This document shows positions 13,101-26,100 of a DNA stretch of 64,000 nt, one piece after another; the first letter of the stretch is position 1; every line of letters begins with the position of its first letter. The position numbers were made by a program, and so were the translations under genes. The notes below the pieces were generated by a model that was given only the letters and a program-made list of their open reading frames with translations, was not told where the DNA came from and did no database searches. Source of the stretch: Eledone cirrhosa (taxonomy: Eukaryota); assembly GCA_964016885.1 (NCBI GenBank), contig OZ024743.1, forward strand, positions 205,778,001 to 205,842,000, written 5' to 3'.

Positions 13101-16100
13101 AAATTATCTCCCCCTGATTTTTTTTACAAATCTCCCCCTAATTTAAAAAAAAATTATCTCCCCTTCGCTGGCTGGAAATTATCTCCCCTTGGACGCTGAA
13201 AATTATAGCCCCTTGGAGGCTGGAAATTATCTTCCCTTGGACGGCTGGAAATTATCTCCCCTTGATTTTTTTACAAATTATCTCCCCCTGATTTTTTTTT
13301 ACAAATTATCTCCCCCTGATTTTTTTTTTACAAATTATCTCCCCTTGGACGGGTGGAAATTATCTCCCCTTGGACTGCTTGAAATTATCTCCCCTTGGAC
13401 GGCTAGAAATTACCTCTCCTTGGACGGCTGAAAATTATCTCCCCTTGATTTTTTTTACAAATTATCTCCCCCTGATTTTTTTTTTTACAAATTATCTCCC
13501 CCTGATTTTATTTTACATATTATCTACCCCTGATTTTTTTTTACAAATTATCTCCACCTGATCTTTTTTACAAATTATCTCCCCCTGATTTTTTTTTTAC
13601 AAATTATCTCCCCCTGATTTTTTTACAAATTATCTCCCTCTAATTTATTTTACAAATTATCTCCGCCTGATTTTTTTAAATATTATCTTCCCTTGGCTGG
13701 CGGGAAATAATCTCCCCTTGGACGGCTGGAAATTATCTCCCCTTGGAAGGATGGAAATTATCTTCCCTTGAACGGCTGGAAATTATCTCCCCTTGCACGG
13801 CTGGAAATTATCTCCCCTTGGACGGCTGGAAATTATCTCCCCTTGGATGGCTAGAAATTATCTCTCTTTGGACGGCTGGAAATTATCTCCCCTTGATTTT
13901 TTTTACAAATTATCTCCCCCTGATTTTTTTTACAAATCTCCCAGTGATTTTTAAAAAAAAATTATCTCCCTTTCGCTGGCTGGAAATTATCTCCCCTTGG
14001 ACGCTGGAAATTATAGCCCCTTGGAGGGCTGGAAATTATCTTCCCTTGGATGGCTGGAAATTATCTCCCCTTGATTTTTTTACATATTATCTCCCCCTGA
14101 TTTTTTTTACAACTTATCTCCGCCTGATTTTTTTAAAAAAATTATCTCCCCTTGGACGGCTGGAAATTATCTCCCCTTGGACGGCTGGAAATTATCTCTC
14201 CTTGGACGGCTAGAAATTACCTCTCCTTGGACGGCTGAAAATTATCTCCCCTTGGACGGCTGGAAATTATCTCCCCTTGATTTTTTTTACAAATTATCTC
14301 CCCCTAATTTTTTTTACAAATTATCTCCCCCTGATTTTTTTTACAAATTATATTCCCTTGGCTGGCTGGAAATTATCTCCCCTTGGAGGCTGGAATTTAT
14401 CTCCCCTTGGACGGCTAGAAATTACCTCTCCTTGGACGGCTGGAAATTATGTCTCCTTGGACGGCTGGAAATTATCTCCCCTTGGACGGCTGGAAATTAT
14501 CTCCCCTTGGACGGCTGGAAATTATCTCCCCTTGATTTTGTATACAAATTATCTCCCCCTGATATTTTTTTACAAATTATCTGCCCCTGATTATTTTTTA
14601 CAAATTAGCTCCGCCTGATTTTTTTTTAAAATTATCTCCCCTTGGACGGCTGGAAATTATCTCCCCTTGGACGGCTGGAAATTATCTCCCCTTGAACGGC
14701 TAGAAATTACCTGTCCTTGGACGGCTGAAAATTATCTCCCCTTGGACGGCTGGAAATTATCTCCCCTTGATTTTTTACAAATTATCTCCCCCTGATTTTT
14801 TTTACAAATTATCTCCCCCTGATTTTTTTTTACAAATTATCTACCCCTGATTTTTTTTACAAATCTCCCAGTGATTTTTTTAAAAAAATTATCTCCCCTT
14901 CGCTGGCTGGAAATTATCTCCCCTTGGACGCTGGAAATTATAGCCCCTTGGAGGGCTGGAAGTTATCTTTCCTTGGAGGGCTGGAAATTATCTTCCCTTG
15001 GACGGCTGGAAATTATCTCCCCTTGATTTTTTTTACAAATTATCTCCCCCTGATTTTTTTTTACAAATTATCTCCCCCTGATTTTTTTTTTACAAATTAT
15101 CTCCGCCTGATTTTTTTTTAAAATTATCTCCCCTTGGACGGCTGGAAATTATCTCCCCTTGGACGGCTGGAAATTATCTCCCCTTGGACGGCTAGAAATT
15201 ACCTCTCCTTGGACGGCTTAAAATTATCTCCCCTTGATTTTTTTTTACAAATTATCTACCCCTGATTTTTTTTTACAAATTATCTACGCCTGATTTTTTT
15301 TTCCAAATTATCTCCCCCTGATTTTTTTTTACAAATTATCTCCCCCTGTTTTTTTTTACAAATTATTTCCCCCTGATTATTTTACAAATTATCTCCGCCT
15401 GATTTTTTTAAATATTATCTTCCCTTGGCTGGCGGGAAATTATCTCCCCTTGGACGCCTGGAAATTATCTCCCCTTGGAAGGATGGAAATTATCTCCCCT
15501 TGGACGGCTGGAAATTATCTCCCCTTGCACTGCTGGAAATTATCTCCCCTTGGACGGCTGGAAATTATCTCCCCTTGGCTGGAAATTATCTCCCCTTGGA
15601 CGGCTAGAAATTATCTCTCTTTGGACGGCTGGAAATTATCTCCCCTTGATTTTTTTACAAATTATCTCCCCCTGATTTTTTTACAAATCTCCCAGTGTTT
15701 TTTTTTAAAAATTATCTCCCCTTCGCTGGCTGGAAATTATCTCCCCTTGGACGCTGGAAATTATAGCCCCTTGGAGGGCTGGAAATTATCTTCCCTTGGA
15801 CGGCTGGAAATTATCTCCCCTTGATTTTTTTTTACAAATTATCTCCCCCTGATTTTTTTTTACAAATTATCTCCCCCTGATTTTTTTTTACAAATTATCT
15901 CCCCCTGATTTTTTTTACAACTTATCTCCGCCTGATTTTTAAAAAAAAATTATCTCCCCTTGGACGGCTAGAAATTACCTCTCCTTGGACGGCTGAAAAT
16001 TATCTCCCCTTGGACGGCTGGAAATTATCTCCCCTTGATTGTTTTTACAAATTATCTCCCCCTGATTTTTTTTTACAAATTATCTCCCCCTGATTTTTTT

Positions 16101-17116
16101 TACAAATTATCTCCCCCTGATTTTTTTTTACAAATTATCTCCCCCTGATTTTTTTTACAAATTATATCCCCTTGGCTGGCTGGAAATTATCTCCCCTTGG
16201 AGGCTGGAATTTATCTCCCCTTGGACGGCTAGAAATTACCTCTCCTTGGACGGCTGGAAATTATGTCTCCTTGGACGGCTAGAAATTACCTCTCCTTGGA
16301 CGGCTGAAAATTATCTCCCCTTGGACGGCTGGAAATTATCTCCCCTTGATTTTTTTTACAAATTATCTCCCCCTGATTTTTTTTACAAATTATCTCCCCC
16401 TGATTTTTTTTTACAAATTATCTCCCCCTGATTTTTTTTACAAATTATATCCCCTTGGCTGGCTGGAAATTATCTCCCCTTGGAGGCTGGAATTTATCTC
16501 CCCTTGGACGGCTAGAAATTACCTCTCCTTGGACGGCTGGAAATTATGTCTCCTTGGACGGCTGGAAATTATCTCCCCTTGGACGGCTGGAAATTATCTC
16601 CCCTTGGACGGCTGGAAATTATCTCCCCTTGGACGGCTAGATATTACCTCTCCTTGGACGGCTGGAAATTATCTGCCCTTGGACGGCTGGAAATTATCTC
16701 CCCTTGGACGGCTGGAAATTATTTCCCCTTGATTTTTTTTACAAATTATCTCCCGCTGATTTTTTTTTACAAATCTCCACCTAATTAAAAAAAAAATTAT
16801 CTCCCCTTCGCTGGCTGGAAATTATCTTGCTTTGGACGGCTGGAAATTATAGCCGCTTGTAGAGCTGGAAATTATCTCCCCTTGGACGGCTGGAAATTAT
16901 CTCCCCTTGATTTTTTTTACTAAGTATCTCACCCTGATTTTTTTTTACAAATTATCTCCGCCTGATTTTTAAAAAAAAATTATCTCCCCTTGGCTGGATG
17001 GAAATTATCTCCCCTTGGACGGCTGGAAATTATCTTCCCTTGATTTCTTCTACAAATTATCTACCCCTGATTTTTTTTACAAATTATCTCTCCCTGATTT
17101 TTTTTTACAAATATCT

Positions 17117-20100
17117 CTCCTTGGCTGGCTGGAAATTATCTCCCCTTGGCTGGCTGGAAATTATCTCCCCCTGATATTTTTTTACAAATTAGCTCCCCCT
17201 GATTTTTTTTACAAATTATCTCCCCCTGATTTTTTTTTACAAATTATCCCCCCCTGATTTTTTTTTTTACAAATTATCTCCGCCTGATTTTTTTAAAATT
17301 ATCTCCCCTTGGCTGGATGGAAATTATCTCCCCTTGGACGGCTGGAAATTATCTCCCCTTGCACGGCTGGAAATTATCTTCCCTTGGACGGCTAGAAATT
17401 ACCTCTCCTTGGACGGCTGAAAATTATCTCCCCTTGGACGGCTGGAAATTATCTCCCCCTGACTTTTTTTACAAATTATCTCCCCTTGCACGGCTGGAAA
17501 TTATCTCCCCTTGGACGGCTGGAAATTATCTGCCCTTGATTTTGTTTTTACAAATTATCTCCCCCTGATTTTTTTTACAAATTATCTCCACCTGATATTT
17601 TAAAAAATTATCTCCCCTTGGACGGCTGGAAATTATCTCCCCTTGGCTGGAAATTATCTCCCCTTGGACGGCTAGAAATTATCTCTCTTTGGACGGCTGG
17701 AAATTATCTCCCCTTGATTCTTTTTACAAATTATCTCCCCCTGATTTTTTTTACAAATCTCCCCCTAATTTAAAAAAAAATTATCTCCCCTTCGCTGGCT
17801 GGAAATTATCTCCCCTTGGACGCTGAAAATTATAGCCCCTTGGAGGCTGGAAATTATCTTCCCTTGGACGGCTGGAAATTATCTCCCCTTGATTTTTTTA
17901 CAAATTATCTCCCCCTGATTTTTTTTTACAAATTATCTCCCCCTGATTTTTTTTTTACAAATTATCTCCCCTTGGACGGGTGGAAATTATCTCCCCTTGG
18001 ACGGCTTGAAATTATCTCCCCTTGGACGGCTAGAAATTACCTCTCCTTGGACGGCTGAAAATTATCTCCCCTTGATTTTTTTTACAAATTATCTCCCCCT
18101 GATTTTTTTTTTTACAAATTATCTCCCCCTGATTTTATTTTACATATTATCTACCCCTGATTTTTTTTTACAAATTATCTCCACCTGATCTTTTTTACAA
18201 ATTATCTTCCCCTGATTTTTTTTTTACAAATTATCTCCCCCTGATTTTTTTACAAATTATCTCCCCCTAATTTATTTTACAAATTATCTCCGCCTGATTT
18301 TTTTAAATATTATCTTCCCTTGGCTGGCGGGAAATAATCTCCCCTTGGACGGCTGGAAATTATCTCCCCTTGGAAGGATGGAAATTATCTTCCCTTGGAC
18401 GGCTGGAAATTATCTCCCCTTGCACGGCTGGAAATTATCTCCCCTTGGACGGCTGGAAATTATCTCCCCTTGGATGGCTAGAAATTATCTCTCTATGGAC
18501 GGCTGGAAATTATCTCCCCTTGATTTTTTTTACAAATTATCTCCCCCTGATTTTTTTTACAAATCTCCCAGTGATTTTTAAAAAAAAATTATCTCCCTTT
18601 CGCTGGCTGGAAATTATCTCCCCTTGGACGCTGGAAATTATAGCCCCTTGGAGGGCTGGAAATTATCTTCCCTTGGACGGCTGGAAATTATCTCCCCTTG
18701 ATTTTTTTTACATATTATCTCCCCCTGATTTTTTTTACAACTTATCTCCGCCTGATTTTTTAAAAAAAATTATCTCCCCTTGGACGGCTGGAAATTATCT
18801 CCCCTTGGACGGCTGGAAATTATCTCTCCTTGGACGGCTAGAAATTACCTCTCCTTGGACGGCTGAAAATTATCTCCCCTTGGACGGCTGGAAATTATCT
18901 CCCCTTGATTTTTTTTACAAATTATCTCCCCCTAATTTTTTTTACAAATTATCTCCCCCTGATTTTTTTTACAAATTATATTCCCTTGGCTGGCTGGAAA
19001 TTATCTCCCCTTGGAGGCTGGAATTTATCTCCCCTTGGACGGCTAGAAATTACCTCTCCTTGGACGGCTGGAAATTATGTCTCCTTGGACGGCTGGAAAT
19101 TATCTCCCCTTGGATGGCTGGAAATTATCTCCCCTTGGACGGCTGGAAATTATCTCCCCTTGATTTTGTATACAAATTATCTCCCCCTGATATTTTTTTA
19201 CAAATTATCTGCCCCTGATTATTTTTTACAAATTAGCTCCGCCTGATTTTTTTTAAAAATTATCTCCCCTTGGACGGCTGGAAATTATCTCCCCTTGGAC
19301 GGCTGGAAATTATCTCCCCTTGAACGGCTAGAAATTACCTGTCCTTGGACGGCTGAAAATTATCTCCCCTTGGACGGCTGGAAATTATCTCCCCTTGATT
19401 TTTTACAAATTATCTCCCCCTGATTTTTTTTACAAATTATCTCCCCCTGATTTTTTTTTACAAATTATCTACCCCTGATTTTTTTTACAAATCTCCCAGT
19501 GATTTTTTTAAAAAAATTATCTCCCCTTCGCTGGCTGGAAATTATCTCCCCTTGGACGCTGGAAATTATAGCCCCTTGGAGGGCTGGAAGTTATCTTTCC
19601 TTGGAGGGCTGGAAATTATCTTCCCTTGGACGGCTGGAAATTATCTCCCCTTGATTTTTTTTACAAATTATCTCCCCCTGATTTTTTTTTACAAATTATC
19701 TCCCCCTGATTTTTTTTTTACAAATTATCTCCGCCTGATTTTTTTTAAAAATTATCTCCCCTTGGACGGCTGGAAATTATCTCCCCTTGGACGGCTGGAA
19801 ATTATCTCCCCTTGGACGGCTAGAAATTACCTCTCCTTGGACGGCTTAAAATTATCTCCCCTTGATTTTTTTTTACAAATTATCTACCCCTGATTTTTTT
19901 TTACAAATTATCTACGCCTGATTTTTTTTTCCAAATTATCTCCCCCTGATTTTTTTTTACAAATTATCTCCCCCTGTTTTTTTTTACAAATTATTTCCCC
20001 CTGATTATTTTACAAATTATCTCCGCCTGATTTTTTTAAATATTATCTTCCCTTGGCTGGCGGGAAATTATCTCCCCTTGGACGCCTGGAAATTATCTCC

Positions 20101-23100
20101 CCTTGGAAGGATGGAAATTATCTCCCCTTGGACGGCTGGAAATTATCTCCCCTTGCACTGCTGGAAATTATCTCCCCTTGGACGGCTGGAAATTATCTCC
20201 CCTTGGCTGGAAATTATCTCCCCTTGGACGGCTAGAAATTATCTCTCTTTGGAGGGCTGGAAATTATCTCCCCTTGATTTTTTTACAAATTATCTCCCCC
20301 TGATTTTTTTACAAATCTCCCAGTGTTTTTTTTAAAAATTATCTCCCCTTCGCTGGCTGGAAATTATCTCCCCTTGGACGCTGGAAATTATAGCCCCTTG
20401 GAGGGCTGGAAATTATCTTCCCTTGGACGGCTGGAAATTATCTCCCCTTGATTTTTTTTACAAATTATCTCCCCCTGATTTTTTTTTACAAATTATCTCC
20501 CCCTGATTTTTTTTTACAAATTATCTCCCCCTGATTTTTTTTACAACTTATCTCCGCCTGATTTTTTAAAAAAAATTATCTCCCCTTGGACGGCTAGAAA
20601 TTACCTCACCTTGGACGGCTGAAAATTATCTCCCCTTGGACAGCTGGAAATGATCTCCCCTTGGACGGCTGGAAATTATCTCCTCTTGGACGCCTAGAAA
20701 TTACCTCTCCTTGGACAGCTGTAAATTATCTCCCCTTGGACGGCTGGAAATTATCTCGCCTTGGACGGCTGGAAATTATCTCCCCTTGATTTTGTATACA
20801 AATTATCTCCCCCTGATTTTTTTTTACAAATTATCTGCCCCTGATTATTTTTTTACAAATTAGCTCCGCCTGATTTTTTTTTAAAATTATCTCCCCTTGG
20901 ACGGCTGGAAATTATCTCCCCTTGGACGGCTGGAAATTATCTCCCCTTGAACGGCTAGAAATTACCTCTCCTTGGACGGCTGAAAATTATCTCCCCTTGG
21001 ACGGCTGGAAATTATCGCCCCCTGATTTTTTTTAACAAATTATCTCCACCTGATTTTTTTTACAAATCATCTCCGCCTGATTTTTTTAAAAAATTATCTC
21101 CCTTTCGCTGGCTGGAAATTATCTCCCCTTGGACGCTGGAAATTATAGCCCCTTGGACGGCTGGAAATTATCTCCCCTTGATTTTTTTTACATATTATCT
21201 CCCCCTGATTTTTTTTTACGAATTATCTCCCCGATTTTTTTTTACAAATTATCTCCCCCTGATTTTTTTTTACAAATTATCTCCGCCTGATTTTTTTACA
21301 AAAATTATCTCCCCTTGGACGGCTGGAAATTATCTCCCCTTGAACGGCTGGAAATTATCTCCCCTTGGACGGCTGGAAATTATCTCCCCTTGGACGGCTG
21401 GAAATTATCTCCCCTTGGACGGCTGGAAATTATCTCCCCTTGGACGGCTAGAAATTACCTCTCCTTGGACGGCTGGAAATTATCTCCCCTTGGACAGCTG
21501 GAAATTATCTCCCCTTGGACGGCTGGAAATTATTTCCCCTTGATTTTTTTTTTCAAATTATCTCCCCCTGATTTTTTTTACAAATCTCCCCCTAATTTAA
21601 AAAAAATTATCTCCCCTTCGCTGGCTGGAAATTATCTCCCTTTGGACGGCTGGAAATTATAGCTGCTTGTAGGGCTAGAAATTATCTCCCCTTGGACGGC
21701 TGGAAATTATCTCCCCTTGATTTTTTTTACTAATTATCTCCCCCTGATTTTTTTTTACAAATATCTCCCCTTGGCTGCCTGGAAATTATCTCCCCTTGGC
21801 AGGCTGGAAATGATCTCCCCTTGGACGGCTGGAAATTATCTCCTCTTGGACGCCTAGAAATTACCTCTCCTTGGACAGCTGTAAATTATCTCCCCTTGGA
21901 CGGCTGGAAATTATCTCGCCTTGGACGGCTGGAAATTATCTCCCCTTGATTTTGTATACAAATCATCTCCCCCTGATTTTTTTTTACAAATTATCTGCCC
22001 CTGATTATTTTTTTACAAATTAGCTCCGCCTGATTTTTTTTTAAAATTATCTCCCCTTGGACGGCTGGAAATTATCTCCCCTTGGACGGCTGGAAATTAT
22101 CTCCCCTTGAACGGCTAGAAATTACCTCTCCTTGGACGGCTGAAAATTATCTCCCCTTGGACGGCTGGAAATTATCGCCCCCTGATTTTTTTTAACAAAT
22201 TATCTCCACCTGATTTTTTTTACAAATCATCTCCGCCTGATTTTTTTAAAAAATTATCTCCCTTTCGCTGGCTGGAAATTATCTCCCCTTGGACGCTGGA
22301 AATTATAGCCCCTTGGACGGCTGGAAATTATCTCCCCTTGATTTTTTTTACATATTATCTCCCCCTGATTTTTTTTTACGAATTATCTCCCCGATTTTTT
22401 TTTACAAATTATCTCCCCCTGATATTTTTTTACAAATTATCTCCGCCTGATTTTTTTAAAAAAATTATCTCCCCTTGGACGGCTGGAAATTATCTCCCCT
22501 TGAACGGCTGGAAATTATCTCCCCTTGGACGGCTGGAAATTATCTCCCCTTGGACGGCTGGAAATTATCTCCCCTTGGACGGCTAGAAATTACCTATCCT
22601 TGGACGGCTGGAAATTATCTCCCCTTGGACGGCTGGAAATTATTTCCCCTTGATTTTTTTTACAAATTATCTCCCCCTGATTTTTTTTACAAATCTCCCC
22701 CTAATTTAAAAAAAAATTATCTCCCCTTCGCTGGCTGGAAATTATCTCCCTTTGGACGGCTGGAAATTATAGCTGCTTGTAGGGCTGGAAATTATCTCCC
22801 CTTGGACGGCTGGAAATTATCTCCCCTTTATGTCTTCTACAAATTATCTACCCCTGATTTTTTTTTTACAAATTATCTCCGCCTGATTTTTTTTTACAAA
22901 TTATCTGCGCCTGATTTTTTTTTACAAATTAGCTACGCCTGATTTTTTCAAAAATTATCTACCCTTGGACGGCTGGAAATTATCTCCCCTTGGACGGCTG
23001 GAAATTATCTCCCCTTGGACGGCTAGAAATTATCTCTCTTTGGACGACTGGAAATTATCTCCCCTTGGACGGCTGCAAATTATCTCCCCTTGATTTTTTT

Positions 23101-26100
23101 TACAAATTATCTCCCCCTGATTTTTTTTACAAATTATCTCCCCCTGATTTTTTTTTACAAATTATCTACCCCTGATTTTTTTACAAATTATCTCCCCCTG
23201 ATTTTTTTATACAAATTATCTCCCCCTGATTTTATTTACAAATTATCTCCCCCTGATTTTTTTTTACAAATTATCTCCCCCTGATTTTTTTACAAATTAT
23301 CTCCCCCTGATTTTTTTAAAAATTATCTTCCCTGGGCTGGCGGGAAATTATCTCCCCTTGGACGGCTGGAAATTATCTTCCCTTGCACGGCTGGAAATTA
23401 TCTCCCCTTGGACAGCTGGAAATTATCTGCCCTTGATTTTGTTTTTACAAATTATCTCCCCCTGATTTTTTTTACAAATTATCTCCACCTGATTTTTAAA
23501 AAAATTATCTCCCCTTGGACGGCTGGAAATTATCTCCCCTTGGCTGGAAATTATCTCCCCTTGGACGGCTAGAAATTATCTCTCTTTGGACGGCTGGAAA
23601 TAATCTCCCTTTGATTTTTTTACAATTTATCTCCCTCTGATTTTTTTTACAAATCTCCCCCTGATTTTTTTAAAAAAATTATCTCCCCTTCGCTGGCTGG
23701 AAATTATCTCCCCTTGGACACTTGAAATTATATCCCCTTGGAGGGCTGGAAATTATCTTCCCTTGGACGGCTGGAAATTATCTCCCCTTGATTTTTTTTA
23801 CAAATTATCTCCCCCTGATTTTTTTTACAAATTATCTGCCCCTGATTTTTTTTTACAAATTATCTCCGCCTGATTTTTTTTTAAATTATCTCTCCTTGGA
23901 CGGCTGGAAATTATCTCCCCTTGATTTTTTTTACAAATTATCTCCCCCTGATTTTTTTTTACAAATTATCTACCCCTGATTTTTTTTTACAAATTATCTC
24001 CCCCTGATTTTTTCTACAAATTATCTCCCCCTGATTTTTTTTTTACAAATTATCTCCCCCTGATTTTTTTACAAATTATCTCCCCCTGATTTTTTTTTCA
24101 AATTATCTCCGCCTGATTTTTTTAAATATTATCTTCCCTTGGCTGGCGGGAAATTATCTCCCCTTGGACGGCTGGAAATTATCTCCCCTTGGAAGGATGG
24201 AAATTATCTCCCCTTGGACGGCTGGAAATTATCTCCCCTTGCACTGCTGGAAATTATCTCCCCTTGGACGGCTGGAAATTATCTCCCCTTGGCTGAAAAT
24301 TATCTCCCCTTGGACGGCTAGAAATTATCTCTCTTTGGACGGCTGGAAATTATCTCCCCTTGATTTTTTTACAAATTATCTCCCCCTGATTTTTTTACAA
24401 ATCTCCCAGTGTTTTTTTTTTTAAATTATCTCCCCTTCGCTGGCTGGAAATTATCTCCCCTTGATTTTTTTTACAAATTATCTCCCCCTGATTTTTTTTA
24501 CAAATTATCTCCCCCTGATTTTTTTTTACAAATTATCTCCCCCTGATTTTTTTACAACTTATCTCCGCCTGATTTTTTAAAAAAAGTTATCTCCCCTTGG
24601 ACGGCTAGAAATTACCTCTCCTTGGACGGCTGAAAATTATCTCCCCTTGGACGGCTGCAAATTATCTCCCCTTGATTTTTTTTACAAATTATCTCCCCCT
24701 GATTTTTTTTTACAAATTATCTCCCCCTGATTTTTTTTACAAATTATCTCCCCCTGATTTTTTTTTACAAATTATCTCCCCCTGATTTTTTTTACAAATT
24801 ATATCCCCTTGGCTGGCTGGAAATGATCTCCCCTTGGAGGCTGGAATTTATCTCCCCTTGGACGGCTAGAAATTACCTCTCCTTGGACGGCTGGAAATTA
24901 TGTCTCCTTGGACGGCTAGAAATTACCTCTCCTTGGACGGCTGAAAATTATCTCCCCTTGGACGGCTGGAAATTATCTCCCCTTGATTTTTTTTACAAAT
25001 TATCTCCCCCTGATTTTTTTTTACAAATTATCTCCCCCTGATTTTTTTTACAAATTATCTCCCCCTGATTTTTTTTTACAAATTATCTCCCCCTGATTTT
25101 TTTTACAAATTATATTCCCTTGGCTGGCTGGAAATTATCTCCCCTTGGAGGCTGGAATTTATCTCCCCTTGGACGGCTAGAAATTACCTCTCCTTGGACG
25201 GCTGGAAATTATGTCTCCTTGGACGGCTGGAAATTATCTCCCCTTGGACGGCTGGAAATTATCTCCCCTTGGACGGCTGGAAATTATCTCCCCTTGGACG
25301 GCTAGATATTACCTCTCCTTGGACGGCTGGAAATTATCTGCCCTTGGACGGCTGGAAATTATCTCCCCTTGGACGGCTGGAAATTATTTCCCCTTGATTT
25401 TTTTTACAAATTATCTCCCGCTGATTTTTTTTTACAAATCTCCACCTAATTAAAAAAAAAATTATCTCCCCTTCGCTGGCTGGAAATTATCTTGCTTTGG
25501 ACGGCTGGAAATTATAGCCACTTGTAGGGCTGGAAATTATCTCCCCTTGGACGGCTGGAAATTATCTCCCCTTGATTTTTTTTACTAAGTATCTCACCCT
25601 GATTTTTTTTTACAAATTATCTCCGCATGATTTTTAAAAAAAAATTATCTCCCCTTGGCTGGATGGAAATTATCTCCCCTTGGACGGCTGGAAATTATCT
25701 TCCCTTGATTTCTTCTACAAATTATCTACCCCTGATTTTTTTTTTACAAATTATCTCTCCCTGATTTTTTTTTACAAATATCTCTCCTTGGCTGGCTGGA
25801 AATTATCTCCCCTTGGCTGGCTGGAAATTATCTCCCCCTGATATTTTTTTACAAATTAGCTCCCCCTGATTTTTTTTACAAATTATCTCCCCCTGATTTT
25901 TTTCACAAATTATCTCCCCCTGATTTTTTTTACAAATTATCTCCCCTGATTTAAAAAAAAAAATTATCTCCCCTTGGACGGCTGGAAATTATCTCCCCTT
26001 GGACGGCTGGAAATTATCGCCCCCTGATTTTTTTTTTACAAATTATCTCCACCTGATTTTTTTTACAAATCATCTCAGCCTGATTTTTTTAAAATATTAT

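Larger units (their letters stand above)
1..17116. repeat. ~17.1-kb higher-order repeat, copy 1 (phase set arbitrarily by the window start)
   Basis: Identical pseudo-ORFs recur at a constant +17116 (201/17317, 1254/18370, 4062/21178, 5874/22990), then at +17142, +17067 and +17191-17193 after monomer-sized indels. The sequence at base 1 recurs at 17117. Confidence 0.95.
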
